From an uncultured Trueperaceae bacterium (GTDB lineage Bacteria > Deinococcota > Deinococci > Deinococcales > Trueperaceae), in assembly GCA_963727505.1 (NCBI GenBank), contig CAVSGP010000002.1:1-64000 (forward strand): DNA of 64,000 nt, written 5' to 3'. Both the position numbers and the translations under genes were made by a program. Within the stretch, counting starts at the first letter, position 1. Every line of letters starts with the position of its first letter. Of the stretch, positions 40,948 to 51,170 are shown piece after piece. The notes under the pieces were generated by a model that ran no database searches, was not told the origin of the DNA, and saw only the letters and a list, made by a program, of their open reading frames with translations.

Positions 40948-41134
40948 CCTCGCCCCTCCCCCGCGCGCTGCATCCAGCGGCGCACGCCCTCTGCCGTACC
41001 CGGACCCCGCTTCCGTGTCGGCTGCGGAGGACGGACCCGCCGGGAATCGATTAGCGTGGAGCACCATGCCCCACACGGCTCGGCGGCACCGTCTCCACCG
41101 ACGGGCGCGCCTCGCCGGGGGCGGAGGAGGGAAC

Positions 41135-41860
41135 ATGTCCAGACTGGCCATCGCGCTGTCCGCCGCGCTCCTGGGGAGCGGGGTGGCAGGTGCCCAGGAC
41201 GCGCTGAGGTTCCAGACCTCGCTGGGGGAGCTCGTCATCACCCCGCTCGGTCACGGCTCGCTCCGCTTCGACGTCGCCGGCATGGTGATCCACGTCGACC
41301 CCTACGGCCAGGTCGCCGACTACGCCTCGCAGCCCAAGGCCGACTGGATCTGGATCACCCACGACCATGCCGACCACTACGACGAGGCGGCGATCGTCGC
41401 GGTGCGCAAGCCCGACACCCGTTTCCTGCTCGATCCTGCCAGCGCCGAACGGCTCGGCGAGGAGGCTACCGTGCTCCGGAACGGGGACACCGCCCAGGTC
41501 GGCGCCATCGCCGTGAAGGCGGTGCCCGCCTACAACATCCGCCAGAAGCGCACCAACGGCCAGCCCTATCACCCCAAGGGCGCCGGCAACGGCTATCTGG
41601 CGAGCTTCGGTGACTTCGTGGTGCACATCGGGGCCGACACCGAGTGCGTTCCTGAGATGCACGATCTCGGGCGGGTCGACGTCTCCTTCCTCCCCATCAA
41701 CCTGCCCTACACCATGACCCCGCAGGATGCCGCCGAGTGCTTCCGCGTCATCCGCCCCAAGGTGGCCGTTCCCTACCATCAGGGGGACTACGACCCGCAG
41801 ATCGTGGCCGACGCGCTGCGCGGCAGCGGTATCGACGTGCGCGTGCTGCCGCTCCATTGA
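41135..41860 (+). CDS. Exported metallo-beta-lactamase-fold hydrolase
   Basis: Signal peptide; THDHADH; PINLPYTM; VPYH. Confidence 0.88.
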   Translation: MSRLAIALSAALLGSGVAGAQDALRFQTSLGELVITPLGHGSLRFDVAGMVIHVDPYGQVADYASQPKADWIWITHDHADHYDEAAIVAVRKPDTRFLLDPASAERLGEEATVLRNGDTAQVGAIAVKAVPAYNIRQKRTNGQPYHPKGAGNGYLASFGDFVVHIGADTECVPEMHDLGRVDVSFLPINLPYTMTPQDAAECFRVIRPKVAVPYHQGDYDPQIVADALRGSGIDVRVLPLH

Positions 41861-43428
41861 CCGAGGAGGGGGCCGCTCGCAGCCCCGCTCGTGATGCGGG
41901 ATCGACGGCCGGGCTCGCGCCCGCCACCCGCCGCTGGGTGCTGGTGGCGGCGACGCTGGGCTCGAGCATGGTCTTCCTCGACAACTCGACGGTCAACGTG
42001 GCGCTCCCTGCGCTGCAGCGCTCGCTCGGTGCGTCGGTCGTCGACGTGCAATGGGTCATCAACGCCTACACGCTGTTCCTCGCCTCGCTGCTACTCATCG
42101 GCGGCGCCCTCGGTGACCTGCTGGGCCGACGCCGGGTGTTCGCGGTCGGGGTCGGCGTGTTCACGCTCGCGTCGATCGCCTGCGGCTTCGCTGCCAACAC
42201 CGAGATGCTCATCGTCAGCCGCGCCGCACAAGGGGTGGGCGGCGCCCTCCTCACGCCGGGCAGCCTGGCCCTCATCAACGGCGCCTATCCACGCGATCAG
42301 CGCGGCCCAGCGATCGGGCTGTGGTCGGGCTTCTCCGCCGTGGCGTCGGCCACCGGCCCGGTACTGGGCGGATACCTCATCGATACGCTGTCGTGGCGCG
42401 GGGTGTTCTTCCTCAACGTGCCGCTGGCCCTGGCGGTGCTGGCCGTGACCTGGTGGCGCATCCCGGCCACGCCCGGCGAGGCGGGGCCGCGGCGGCTCGA
42501 CGTGGCGGGCGCCCTCGCAGCGGTACTCGGCCTCGGGGGCGTGGTGTACGCGCTGATCGAGTCCTCCAACCGCAGCTTCGCGGCGCCGTCGGTGCTGGTG
42601 GCGCTCTTCGGCGGGCTGGCGGTGCTGGGGCTGTTCCTGGTGCTGGAGCGGCGCGCGCGGCGGCCCATGGTGCCGCTCGAACTGTTCCGGTCGCGTGCCT
42701 TCGCGGGCGCGAACGTGCTCACGCTCTTCCTCTACGCGGCGCTGTCCGGCCTGCTGTTCTTCCTGCCGATGAACCTGATCGAGGTGCAGGGCTACTCCGC
42801 TACGGCCGCCGGTGCCGCGCTGCTCCCCTTCGTGCTGTCCATGTTCCTGCTTTCGCGCTGGTCGGGAGGTCTGGTGGCACGGGTGGGCGCGCGCCTACCG
42901 CTGGTGGTGGGTCCGCTGGTGGTGGCCGTCAGTTTCCTGCTCTATGCCCGTACGGGCGCGACCGGCTCCTATTGGAGCGCGGTCTTCCCCGCCGTGCTGA
43001 CGCAGGGCCTGGGTATGGCGCTGTGCGTGGCGCCGCTCACCACGACCGTGATGGCCTCGGTCAGCGACGCTCGCTCCGCCACCGCTTCGGGCATCAACAA
43101 CGCGGCGTCACGGGTGGCGGGCTTGCTGGCGATCGGCGCGTTCGGCGCGCTCATGGTGGGGCTGTTCAGCGCGCACCTGGAGACCCGGTTGCCGGCGCTC
43201 GACCTGCCGCCGGCGGTGGTGCGGGCGGTACGCGCCCGCCACACCGACCTGGCCGCCCTCACCCCGCCGGATTCCCTCACCTCGCAACAGGCGCAGCGAC
43301 TACGCACAGCGGTCGACGACGCCTTCGTGTACGGCTTCCGGATCGTGATGCTGGCCTTCGCCGGGCTGGCGGTAGCAGCCTCGGGAGTGGCGTACGGCAC
43401 GCTCCGCGAGGACACCTCCCGAGACTAG
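41857..43428 (+). CDS. MFS drug-resistance transporter (DHA2, EmrB/QacA type)
   Basis: LDNSTVNVALP, QWVINAYTL, GDLLGRRR, RAAQGVGGA; TTG start overlaps the upstream stop. Confidence 0.9.
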   Translation: MTEEGAARSPARDAGSTAGLAPATRRWVLVAATLGSSMVFLDNSTVNVALPALQRSLGASVVDVQWVINAYTLFLASLLLIGGALGDLLGRRRVFAVGVGVFTLASIACGFAANTEMLIVSRAAQGVGGALLTPGSLALINGAYPRDQRGPAIGLWSGFSAVASATGPVLGGYLIDTLSWRGVFFLNVPLALAVLAVTWWRIPATPGEAGPRRLDVAGALAAVLGLGGVVYALIESSNRSFAAPSVLVALFGGLAVLGLFLVLERRARRPMVPLELFRSRAFAGANVLTLFLYAALSGLLFFLPMNLIEVQGYSATAAGAALLPFVLSMFLLSRWSGGLVARVGARLPLVVGPLVVAVSFLLYARTGATGSYWSAVFPAVLTQGLGMALCVAPLTTTVMASVSDARSATASGINNAASRVAGLLAIGAFGALMVGLFSAHLETRLPALDLPPAVVRAVRARHTDLAALTPPDSLTSQQAQRLRTAVDDAFVYGFRIVMLAFAGLAVAASGVAYGTLREDTSRD

Positions 43429-44555
43429 CGGGCCCCGCCGATCGCCTCTACGATCGTCCCTGCGATCACCTCCGCCTCGCGGGCGATGCGCGAAAGCGTG
43501 CCGCCGGCCGTAACGACGAAGCCACAGAAGTGAAGTCCCGGCGCTTCCGGCAAGGCGAGCGGAAGGCGGTCGGGCAGATCACCGAAGCCCTCGAGCAGGT
43601 CCGGGTAGCCGACCCGGTAACCGGTCGCCAGCACCACTACGTCGACGGGAAGCTCCGTACCGTCCGCGAAGACCACCCGTTCGCCGTCGAAGCGCTCGAG
43701 TGCGGGGCGCACCGCGATCCGGCCGGCGCGCACGTGCCCGACGGTGCCGGCATCGATCAGCGGGATGCGCGCGCGCTCGCGCACCTGACGGGTGGGGCTG
43801 AACGGCGCGAACGGAAGCCCGTAGCGCGTCATGTCGCCGTAGCGCAAGCGCCGGACCGCGCGCCCGATGACGTCGGCGAGGGGTGCGGGCAGCCGCTCCA
43901 GGCGCGTCGCCACCTCCTCGACGGGCCTTCCCAGCATGCGCTTGGGCACCACGTTCACGGGACTGCGCACCGACAGCGCCACGCGAGCGCCGTGCTCTAC
44001 GAGATCGACTGCGATCTCACCACCGGAATTCCCGAAACCGACCACCAGCGCGCGCCGCCGGTGGAAGGGTGCGCCGTTGCGGTACTCGGAGCTGTGCAGT
44101 ACGGTCCCCGGGAACCGCTCGAGCCCCGGCCAATTGGGGCGGTAGGGGCGTTCGTTGAGCCCCGTGGCGATCACCAGGTGCTCTGCGAGGATCGTGCCGC
44201 GCTCGGTCTGCACATGCCATGCGCCGTCCTCACGAAAGGCGCGCTGTGCGGGCTCGCCCCATCGCGGCCGGAGGTCGAACGTCGCCGCGTAGTCCTCGAG
44301 GTAGGCAACCACCTCGTCGCGAGAGGGATAGTCGGGTGCTTCCTCCGGCCACGGCCTGCCGGGCAACCCCGAGTTGCGCTTGTGGGTGTGGAGGTGCAGG
44401 CGATCGTAGTGCCGTCGCCACGACGCCGCCGGGCGCGACTCGCGCTCGAGCAGCACGAAGCCCACGCCGCGGGCACGCAGGCACGCGGCGACCGCCAGCC
44501 CCGCCGGTCCCGCGCCCACGATGACCGCTCCGCAGCGGTCCCATCGTCGTTCCAT
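43425..44555 (-). CDS. Flavin-containing monooxygenase (YUCCA/FMO-like)
   Basis: GAGPAG, WRRHYDRLHLH, FPGTVLHSSEY (FxGxxxHxxxY), GFGNSG, ATGY. Confidence 0.88.
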   Translation of the reverse strand: MERRWDRCGAVIVGAGPAGLAVAACLRARGVGFVLLERESRPAASWRRHYDRLHLHTHKRNSGLPGRPWPEEAPDYPSRDEVVAYLEDYAATFDLRPRWGEPAQRAFREDGAWHVQTERGTILAEHLVIATGLNERPYRPNWPGLERFPGTVLHSSEYRNGAPFHRRRALVVGFGNSGGEIAVDLVEHGARVALSVRSPVNVVPKRMLGRPVEEVATRLERLPAPLADVIGRAVRRLRYGDMTRYGLPFAPFSPTRQVRERARIPLIDAGTVGHVRAGRIAVRPALERFDGERVVFADGTELPVDVVVLATGYRVGYPDLLEGFGDLPDRLPLALPEAPGLHFCGFVVTAGGTLSRIAREAEVIAGTIVEAIGGAR

Positions 44556-44709
44556 GACCGTGCTCCTCCAGCGTTCGTGGGGGCATTCTAGGGCATGCGC
44601 CAGCGGACTCGCGCGCCCTGATTGTGAGCAAGCGGTCCTCGGCCCCGCGCGCAGCTCCTGGCTCATGGCATAATGCCCACGGTCGGGCGACTTGCGCCCA
44701 GACCTCCAC

Positions 44710-44784
44710 GGGCGATTAGCTCAGCGGAAGAGCGGCCGCCTTACAAGCGGTAGGTCGGCGGTTCGAACCCGTCATCGCCCACCA
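44710..44784 (+). tRNA. tRNA-Val (TAC)
   Basis: GGGCGAT...ATCGCCC-ACCA; CCGC-CT-TAC-AA-GCGG; GGTTCGAACCC. Confidence 0.96.
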
Positions 44785-44822
44785 CTCTTGTTCTTGACCC
44801 GGTTGACGCGGCGGCGTCGCCG

Positions 44823-45893
44823 TCAAGCCGCACTCGGGTCGTTCGCCCCCTCCGTGACGAGGATCAGCAGCCGGCTGTCGGGACCGAGCTCGAGCTCGGC
44901 GGCCTTCGCATGGTCGGCGAGCGCCGCCATGGCGCCTGCCAGCCCCGCCGCCCCGGAGGGTGTGCTCTGCGGTCCTCCCGTCTCGGCGAGCAGCCGGGGT
45001 GCTTCCAGCAGCGTGTCCTCGCCGACGCTCAGAGCGCGAACGCCGTGTCGCATCAGAACGTCCAGGGCCGGAGCGCTGGCCTTGCCGCAGGACAGCATCG
45101 ACGCCGACGTCTCGAGGTCGCCGGTGAGCTGGACGGGATGGCCGGCTTCGAGCGCGGCGCGGACGCACGATGCTCCCGACGGCTCGACGACCACCAGCAC
45201 CGCAGGGGGCGCCAGCCAGCTCCCGAGCGTCTCCACGACGGCGGCGGCGAGGCCCCCGACGCCCGCCTGCACGAAGACATGCGTGGGCGGGAGGCTACCC
45301 GCGGCGTCCGCCTGACGCCGGATCTCAGCCGCCATCACGCCGTACCCCGCCATCACGTCGTGCACGACGGGGTCGGCCAGATCGTCCGTCGTGTCGGCCA
45401 CCAGCAGTCCACTCCCCGCGCGCGCCGCCTCTGCTGCGGCGGCCACCGCATCGTCGTAGGTGCCCGCGACCCAGACGATCTCGGCGCCCAGCGCTTCGAT
45501 GCGCTCGGCGCGCGCCGCAGGCACGCTCTCGTGGAGGAACACCTTGGCGGCCGTGCCGGCGAGCTTCGCTGCCAGGGCGACGGCCAGACCGTGGTTGCCG
45601 TCGCTGGCGCACAGGAGTGAGGGCAGGTCGTGAACGCCGTGCGAGACGACCGCCTCGATGTCCTCACCGGCCGTGCGGGCGAGCGCTCGCAGGCCGGCGT
45701 AGGTGCCCCCGAGCGACTTGAAGCTGCCGAGTGTGCGACCTCCCTCGTCCTTGACGAGCACCTGTGCGACGCCCAGCCGCGCCGCCAGACGCGGCAGGTC
45801 AACGAGCGGCGTGGGCCCGTAGGCCGGCGCCAGGAGCCGCAGCTCCGTCGCGATGTGGTCGGTGATCGCGGTGGAACGGTCGGCGGAGGTCAC
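44823..45893 (-). CDS. Diaminopropionate ammonia-lyase family (PLP fold type II)
   Basis: YGPTPL, VKDEG.R.LGSFKSLGG, ASDGNHG, PTHVFVQAGVGGLA, TEGAND. Confidence 0.82.
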   Translation of the reverse strand: MTSADRSTAITDHIATELRLLAPAYGPTPLVDLPRLAARLGVAQVLVKDEGGRTLGSFKSLGGTYAGLRALARTAGEDIEAVVSHGVHDLPSLLCASDGNHGLAVALAAKLAGTAAKVFLHESVPAARAERIEALGAEIVWVAGTYDDAVAAAAEAARAGSGLLVADTTDDLADPVVHDVMAGYGVMAAEIRRQADAAGSLPPTHVFVQAGVGGLAAAVVETLGSWLAPPAVLVVVEPSGASCVRAALEAGHPVQLTGDLETSASMLSCGKASAPALDVLMRHGVRALSVGEDTLLEAPRLLAETGGPQSTPSGAAGLAGAMAALADHAKAAELELGPDSRLLILVTEGANDPSAA

Positions 45894-45926
45894 ACCGCAA
45901 TCCTACTCGCCCGTCGGCAGGCCGGT

Positions 45927-47153
45927 TCAGATGCCGAGGACGTCGCCGACCGTGCGTACCGGCATCCCCGAGGCATGGATGTGCTCGACGATCGCCTGGA
46001 AGTCGCGGATGGCGTAATCGGTGTTCACCGTGTCGGACGGCACCACGTGGTGGAACGTCAGGATGCACCACTGCTTGCCGGCCCGCGCGCGGTCGATGCG
46101 ATCGATGAGGTCACGGGGCGGGCGGGCGTCGACCATGCTCCAAGCCCTCAGTTTGAGGGGGTTGGGCGGCGTGGCCACCTCGGTGCTGGACTGGATGATG
46201 GTGCGGGCGGCACGCCAGTAGCGGCGCACCGTCTGTAGGACCGCGTCGTCGAAGGCGCCACCCGGATAGGCGCAGTGGTTGGCACCGCGGAAGCCCTCGC
46301 TGCGCAGCCACTGCTGCAGGCGCTCGATGTCCTCCGTCAACGCCTCGGGACTGATCCGGGTCCAACGCGCGTCGTGCACGGCCAGCCGATCGCTGTGGCC
46401 GGCCACCTCCCAGCCGGAGAAGTCCTCGAGCCTGTGGAGTTGCTCCAGGGTCAGCCTTCGCGGGGTGCCGATGAGGTCGCGGATCACGTAGGCGGTCGCC
46501 GGGTAGCCGTAGGCATCGAGGATGGGGCGCGCGTTGTCGTAGGTATCCGCCCATCCGTCGTCGAACGACAGGCTGACGACCCCGTCGGGCCAGGCAACGG
46601 GCTCGGGGTAGGTGGCCACGCCGTTGACGTGGAGGGTGGTGTCGCCCCCCACGGGAGCGTCGACGCGGATGCGCAGGGCCTCGATGGCCTCGCGTCGTGG
46701 GGCGCCGACGGCGTTGGCGTCACCGAAGCCGAGGTCCACGACCACCCAACCCTCTCCCGCCTGCAGGTACTGGTTCGGAGGCGACGGACTGGTCTCCACC
46801 GGCCACTTGTAATAGTTCGCGAAGCCCGCGTCCCCGGCGTAAAGGGTGATGTCCCCGAGTCCGCTGAGGTCGCCCTCGACGCGGAGCCACAGCCGCACGA
46901 TGCGACCGCTCAGGTCGATGCTCGGGCCGCTGCGTTCGATCCAGGCCGGGAGACCTCCGCTCGGCTGCGTGAACCACGCGCTCTGCGAGCCGAGCACGTA
47001 GTCGCTGCCATCGTCGAGGTCGCTCGCCGAGGCGTTCGCGACGGTCCAGCCGTGGCCCGCCTGGAAGCGCGTGATCATCGTGAGGTCGTGGGCACGAGGC
47101 GCGTGTGGGACGGCGGACGTCCGCTCGATGACGCTGGCGAACTGGCGCATCAC
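45927..47153 (-). CDS. Polysaccharide deacetylase (CE4/NodB) with N-terminal beta-rich domain
   Basis: SFDDG, WEVAGHS, AYPGG, ILTFH. Confidence 0.8.
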   Translation of the reverse strand: MMRQFASVIERTSAVPHAPRAHDLTMITRFQAGHGWTVANASASDLDDGSDYVLGSQSAWFTQPSGGLPAWIERSGPSIDLSGRIVRLWLRVEGDLSGLGDITLYAGDAGFANYYKWPVETSPSPPNQYLQAGEGWVVVDLGFGDANAVGAPRREAIEALRIRVDAPVGGDTTLHVNGVATYPEPVAWPDGVVSLSFDDGWADTYDNARPILDAYGYPATAYVIRDLIGTPRRLTLEQLHRLEDFSGWEVAGHSDRLAVHDARWTRISPEALTEDIERLQQWLRSEGFRGANHCAYPGGAFDDAVLQTVRRYWRAARTIIQSSTEVATPPNPLKLRAWSMVDARPPRDLIDRIDRARAGKQWCILTFHHVVPSDTVNTDYAIRDFQAIVEHIHASGMPVRTVGDVLGI

Positions 47154-47632
47154 TCGCTCCAGGTCTGTACGACCGCGCTGGCACCGTTGCCGATGACGCT
47201 CAGGCTGTCGACGTCGTAGCGTTCGGCGAAGCCCGCACCGATGATCTCGCCGGTGGTCGCCGTGGCGTCACCCCCGTCGCTCCTCACCCGGATCTCGCCC
47301 CGCTCGACCTGCACCCAGATTCCTGCCCGGGACGGTGCGCGCCGAACGATCTGCGGCGTGCGCGGGTCGAGCGTGCGCTGCGCGTAACCTGCCGCGGCGC
47401 TCCGGCCGGCCATCCGCACGTTGCCGGGATCGTCCTCCCGGAACGCAGGCAGGGCGCGTCCGTCCGGCCCGTACAGCACGACGGGCTGAGCCGCACCGGC
47501 CTGCCCGCCACCCGAGCCCACCTCCGCCCCGGCCGCGCGGGCGGTCCCGGCGCCGAGCACGACCCCCAGAAGACCGACCCCGAGCGACTGCACGAGCTTC
47601 CGGCGGCCCGCTCCCCAATCGCTATCGTCCAT
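47150..47632 (-). CDS. Small protein with twin-arginine-like signal peptide
   Basis: GRRKLV + hydrophobic stretch + ARA; stop overlaps the deacetylase start; TACCAT 7 nt before ATG. Confidence 0.65.
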   Translation of the reverse strand: MDDSDWGAGRRKLVQSLGVGLLGVVLGAGTARAAGAEVGSGGGQAGAAQPVVLYGPDGRALPAFREDDPGNVRMAGRSAAAGYAQRTLDPRTPQIVRRAPSRAGIWVQVERGEIRVRSDGGDATATTGEIIGAGFAERYDVDSLSVIGNGASAVVQTWSE

Positions 47633-47729
47633 GCCGGCCATGGTAGCCCGTCGTCTCGACGGCTCTTCCCTCCTGCGCTCGTGCCCTGGATCCCGGCGGG
47701 GCGTTCGCGTCACCGGGCGCGCCCGTCGT

Positions 47730-48926
47730 TCAACCCGCCGACACCGCCTCGATCGCCGTCAGGAACGCCTCGACCCCTACCTCCAGCGCTCCCTCGTCGA
47801 TCGCGAAGCGCGGGTGGTGGTGCGGGTAGGCCACCTCGACGCCCTCGGGCTTGGCCCCCACGAAGAAGAAGGTGCCCGGTTTGGCCGCGAGGTAGGCGGA
47901 GAAGTCCTCGCCGCCCATGATGCGTGGCGGCGTGACCACGCGTTCGGCACCGAACGTGGCCTCGAACGCGCCGCGCAGCTTCTCGGTGACGGCCTCGTCG
48001 TTCACCAGCGCGCGGTAGCCCTCGTGGTACGCGAAGGCGTAGTCGGCGCCGTGGGCCTCGCTCAGGCCCTTGACGACGCGCTCCATCAGGGCCGGCATGC
48101 GCGCGCGCAGCTCCGCGTCGAAGCTCCGCACGGTTCCCCCCAGCTCGGCGCGCTCGGGGATGACGTTGTCCGCGCTGCCGGCATGGAAGCGGGTGACCGA
48201 CACGACCAGCGGTTCGATCGGATCGACCACGCGCGACACCAGATGCTGCAGGTTGCTCACGATCTGCGCGCCGATGGCGACGGGATCGACCGCGGTGTCG
48301 GGCATCGCGGCGTGACCGCCCTTGCCGATCACCGTGATGTCGAAGGTGTCGGGAGCGGCCATGCCGGGCCCGGCCCGCAGGAGCAGCGCTCCGCTCTCGA
48401 ATGGCGCCATCAGGTGCAATCCCAGCACCGTGTCCACGTCGTCGATCACGCCCTCGTCGACGAGCTGCTGGGCGCCTCCCGGGAACAGCTCCTCGGCGTG
48501 CTGGAACACGAAGCGCAACTCCCCCTTGACCTGGTCGCGCCGATCGCTGAGGATGCGAGCCACCCCCAGCAGGATGGCGGTGTGCCCGTCGTGCCCGCAG
48601 GCGTGCATCACGCCGGGGCTCTGCGAGGCGAAGGGCACGCCGCTCTCCTCTTCGATGGGCAGCGCGTCCATGTCCGCACGAACCGCCACGCGCGGGCCGG
48701 GCAAGCCGCCGCGCAGCGTCGCCACCACGCTGGTGGGCGTGGGCCGCGTGACCTCGAACCCGCCGAACCCCTCGAGCGTGCGCTGCACGTAGTCCGCGGT
48801 CTCGTGCTCCTCGAAGGAGAGCTCGGGGTGGCTGTGCAGGTGACGGCGCCAGCTCACCACCTCACCGGCGACCTCAGCAGCCAATGCGTGCCAGTCGGTG
48901 GATACGTCGGGAGCGGGTTGTGTCAT
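47730..48926 (-). CDS. M20 amidohydrolase
   Basis: HPELSFEE, RADMDALP, MHACGHDGH, HAEE, GGEDF, HHPRF. Confidence 0.92.
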   Translation of the reverse strand: MTQPAPDVSTDWHALAAEVAGEVVSWRRHLHSHPELSFEEHETADYVQRTLEGFGGFEVTRPTPTSVVATLRGGLPGPRVAVRADMDALPIEEESGVPFASQSPGVMHACGHDGHTAILLGVARILSDRRDQVKGELRFVFQHAEELFPGGAQQLVDEGVIDDVDTVLGLHLMAPFESGALLLRAGPGMAAPDTFDITVIGKGGHAAMPDTAVDPVAIGAQIVSNLQHLVSRVVDPIEPLVVSVTRFHAGSADNVIPERAELGGTVRSFDAELRARMPALMERVVKGLSEAHGADYAFAYHEGYRALVNDEAVTEKLRGAFEATFGAERVVTPPRIMGGEDFSAYLAAKPGTFFFVGAKPEGVEVAYPHHHPRFAIDEGALEVGVEAFLTAIEAVSAG

Positions 48927-49087
48927 GACGTCCTCCCTGAGGGTGGGGCACGACCACGTGCCCATCCGGCGGGCAGCTCGTCGTCCGCCTGGAACTCGGG
49001 CAAATCTACCACCCGTCGCGCGGCTGGAATCTCCGGTCGCGCGAGCCCCGTACCCAGGGCCCAGAACGCAAAGTGGCGGAGGGCGCG

Positions 49088-49882
49088 CTACAGGCAGCGC
49101 ACCATGCCGCCGTCGACCAGGATCGAGCTGCCGGTCATGTACGAGGCCGCGTCGCTGACCAGGAACGCCGCCACCTTACCGAACTCGCTGGTGTCGCCCA
49201 GCCGCCCCAGCGGGATGGCCTTCACCGAGGCCTCGCGCACCGCGTCCACCGACGCGCCTTCGCGCTTCGCGCGCGCCTCGTCGAGTTGCACGATGCGCGG
49301 CGTCAGCACCCGCCCCGGCGACAGCGTGTTGACGCGGATGCCGTCCGAAGCGAGTTCCAGCGACAACGTCTTCACCAGCGCCTCCACCGCCGGGCGCAGC
49401 ACGTTGCTGAGCGTCAGGTTGGCGATCGGCGCCTTCACGCTCGAGCTCGCCAGCGCCAGCACCGCCCCGCCCTGCGACCGCTTGAGATGCGGCAGCGCCG
49501 CACGCACGCTACGGACCACGCTCATCAACGTGAGGTCCACGGCGCGGGCCCAGGCGTCGTCGTCCAGCGCCTCGAAGGTGCCGGGCGGCGGCCCGCCGGC
49601 GTTGGTCACCAGGATGTCCAACCCGCCCAGCGCGCTCGCAGCCTCCCCGACTAGCCGCTCGACCTGCGGGCCGTCGCTGACGTCCGCCTGCAGGCCCAGC
49701 ACATGGCCACCGGTGGCTTCGGCCACTTCCCGCGCGGCTTCCTCGGCGCGCGCGGCGTCCCGCCCGCACAGCGCCACCTTCGCGCCCTCGGCCGCGAGCA
49801 CGCGGGCGGTTCCCAACCCCAGCCCCGACGTGCCAGCCAGTACGAGCGCCTTGCGTCCTTCGAGTCCCAGATCCATGGTCAT
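49088..49882 (-). CDS. SDR-family oxidoreductase
   Basis: AGTSGLG, TNAGGPPPG, SNVLR, DGG. Confidence 0.88.
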   Translation of the reverse strand: MTMDLGLEGRKALVLAGTSGLGLGTARVLAAEGAKVALCGRDAARAEEAAREVAEATGGHVLGLQADVSDGPQVERLVGEAASALGGLDILVTNAGGPPPGTFEALDDDAWARAVDLTLMSVVRSVRAALPHLKRSQGGAVLALASSSVKAPIANLTLSNVLRPAVEALVKTLSLELASDGIRVNTLSPGRVLTPRIVQLDEARAKREGASVDAVREASVKAIPLGRLGDTSEFGKVAAFLVSDAASYMTGSSILVDGGMVRCL

Positions 49883-49919
49883 CCTCCGTCGTTCTTGGAT
49901 TGCGTCGCCGTCGTTGCCT

Positions 49920-51170
49920 CTACAGCTCCCCGTCGAGCCGCTGCAGCGCGTCCAGCATGACCGCCGCGCCGGCGGCGATGTCGCTCGTGGCGGCCCGCTC
50001 GTCGGGATGGTGGCTCAACCCTTCCTCACAGGGTACGAAGAGCATCGCCACCGGGCAGGCGTGGGCCAGCTGCATGGCGTCATGGCCGGCCCCGCTCGAC
50101 AGGCGCCGGTAGCCGAGCCCACGACCGTCGCAGGCGGCCTCGAGGGCCGCGACAAGACGAGGGTCGCTCTGCACCGCACGCGCCGTGCTGGTGACGACGG
50201 CCTCCAACTCGAGCCCCAACGCCTGGGTGCGGGTCCGTGCTCGATCCCGCGTCTCGGCGAGGAAGGCCTCCACCTCAGCAACGTCGAGCGAGCGCGCCTC
50301 GAGCACCAGCCGTACCTCGCCGGGCACCACGTTGGCACCGTTCGGCAGGACCTCCAAGCGCCCCACGGTGGCAACGAAGCCGTCGTGCGCGGCGTGCTCC
50401 CGGGCGCGCTCCCACACATCTTGCACCAACGCCGTGGCGCCGACCAGCGCGTCGCGCCGCAGCGCCATCGGCGTGGTGCCGGCGTGCCCCGCCTTGCCCC
50501 GCACCGTGACGTCCATCCGCTGGATCGCCACGATGCCCTCCACCACGCCGATCGAGACTCCCTCGCGCTCGAGCGCCGGCCCCTGCTCGATATGCAGCTC
50601 CAGGAAAGCAGCCAGCCGCCCGGCATCGGGCAGCGGCGCGCCCAACGCCGCCGGATCGCCGCCCATGCGGGCCAGCGCGGCGGCGAGCGTCTCGCCAGCG
50701 GGATCGCTGCCGGCCAGCATGGCGGGGGTCAGGGTCCCCACCAGCGCGCTGCTCCCCACACAGGACGCACCGTAATCGCTCGGCTCCTCGGAGAGGAAGT
50801 CGTAGACGGCCAGCGGATGATCGAGCTCGACCCCCTGCTCGTGCAGCACCTGCGCGGCCTCCAGCGCGGCGAGCACGCCGGCGACGCCGTCGTAGCGGCC
50901 GCCACCCGCCACCGTGTCGATGTGCGAGCCCGCCGCCAGGGCCTTGGCGCCGGCGCGGCGGCCGGCGCGCCGCCCCACCAGGTTGCCGGCAGCGTCGACC
51001 GAGGGCTCGAGCCCGGCTTCGCGGACCTCCTCGGCGAGCCATGCGCGGGCGCGCAGGTAGAGGTCGGTGAATGCGCGGCGGGTGTAGGGCCGGTCGGGTT
51101 CGGTGAACGCCGCCAGACGCTCGATACGACGGCGGATGCGGGCCTCGTCGATGGCGAGCGGCTTGCTCAC
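49920..51170 (-). CDS. Zn-dependent hydrolase, allantoate amidohydrolase / N-carbamoylase family
   Basis: GSHIDTV..GGRYDG, SEE, ELHIEQG, GHAGTTPM, SGAGHDA, SH.PDE. Confidence 0.9.
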   Translation of the reverse strand: MSKPLAIDEARIRRRIERLAAFTEPDRPYTRRAFTDLYLRARAWLAEEVREAGLEPSVDAAGNLVGRRAGRRAGAKALAAGSHIDTVAGGGRYDGVAGVLAALEAAQVLHEQGVELDHPLAVYDFLSEEPSDYGASCVGSSALVGTLTPAMLAGSDPAGETLAAALARMGGDPAALGAPLPDAGRLAAFLELHIEQGPALEREGVSIGVVEGIVAIQRMDVTVRGKAGHAGTTPMALRRDALVGATALVQDVWERAREHAAHDGFVATVGRLEVLPNGANVVPGEVRLVLEARSLDVAEVEAFLAETRDRARTRTQALGLELEAVVTSTARAVQSDPRLVAALEAACDGRGLGYRRLSSGAGHDAMQLAHACPVAMLFVPCEEGLSHHPDERAATSDIAAGAAVMLDALQRLDGEL

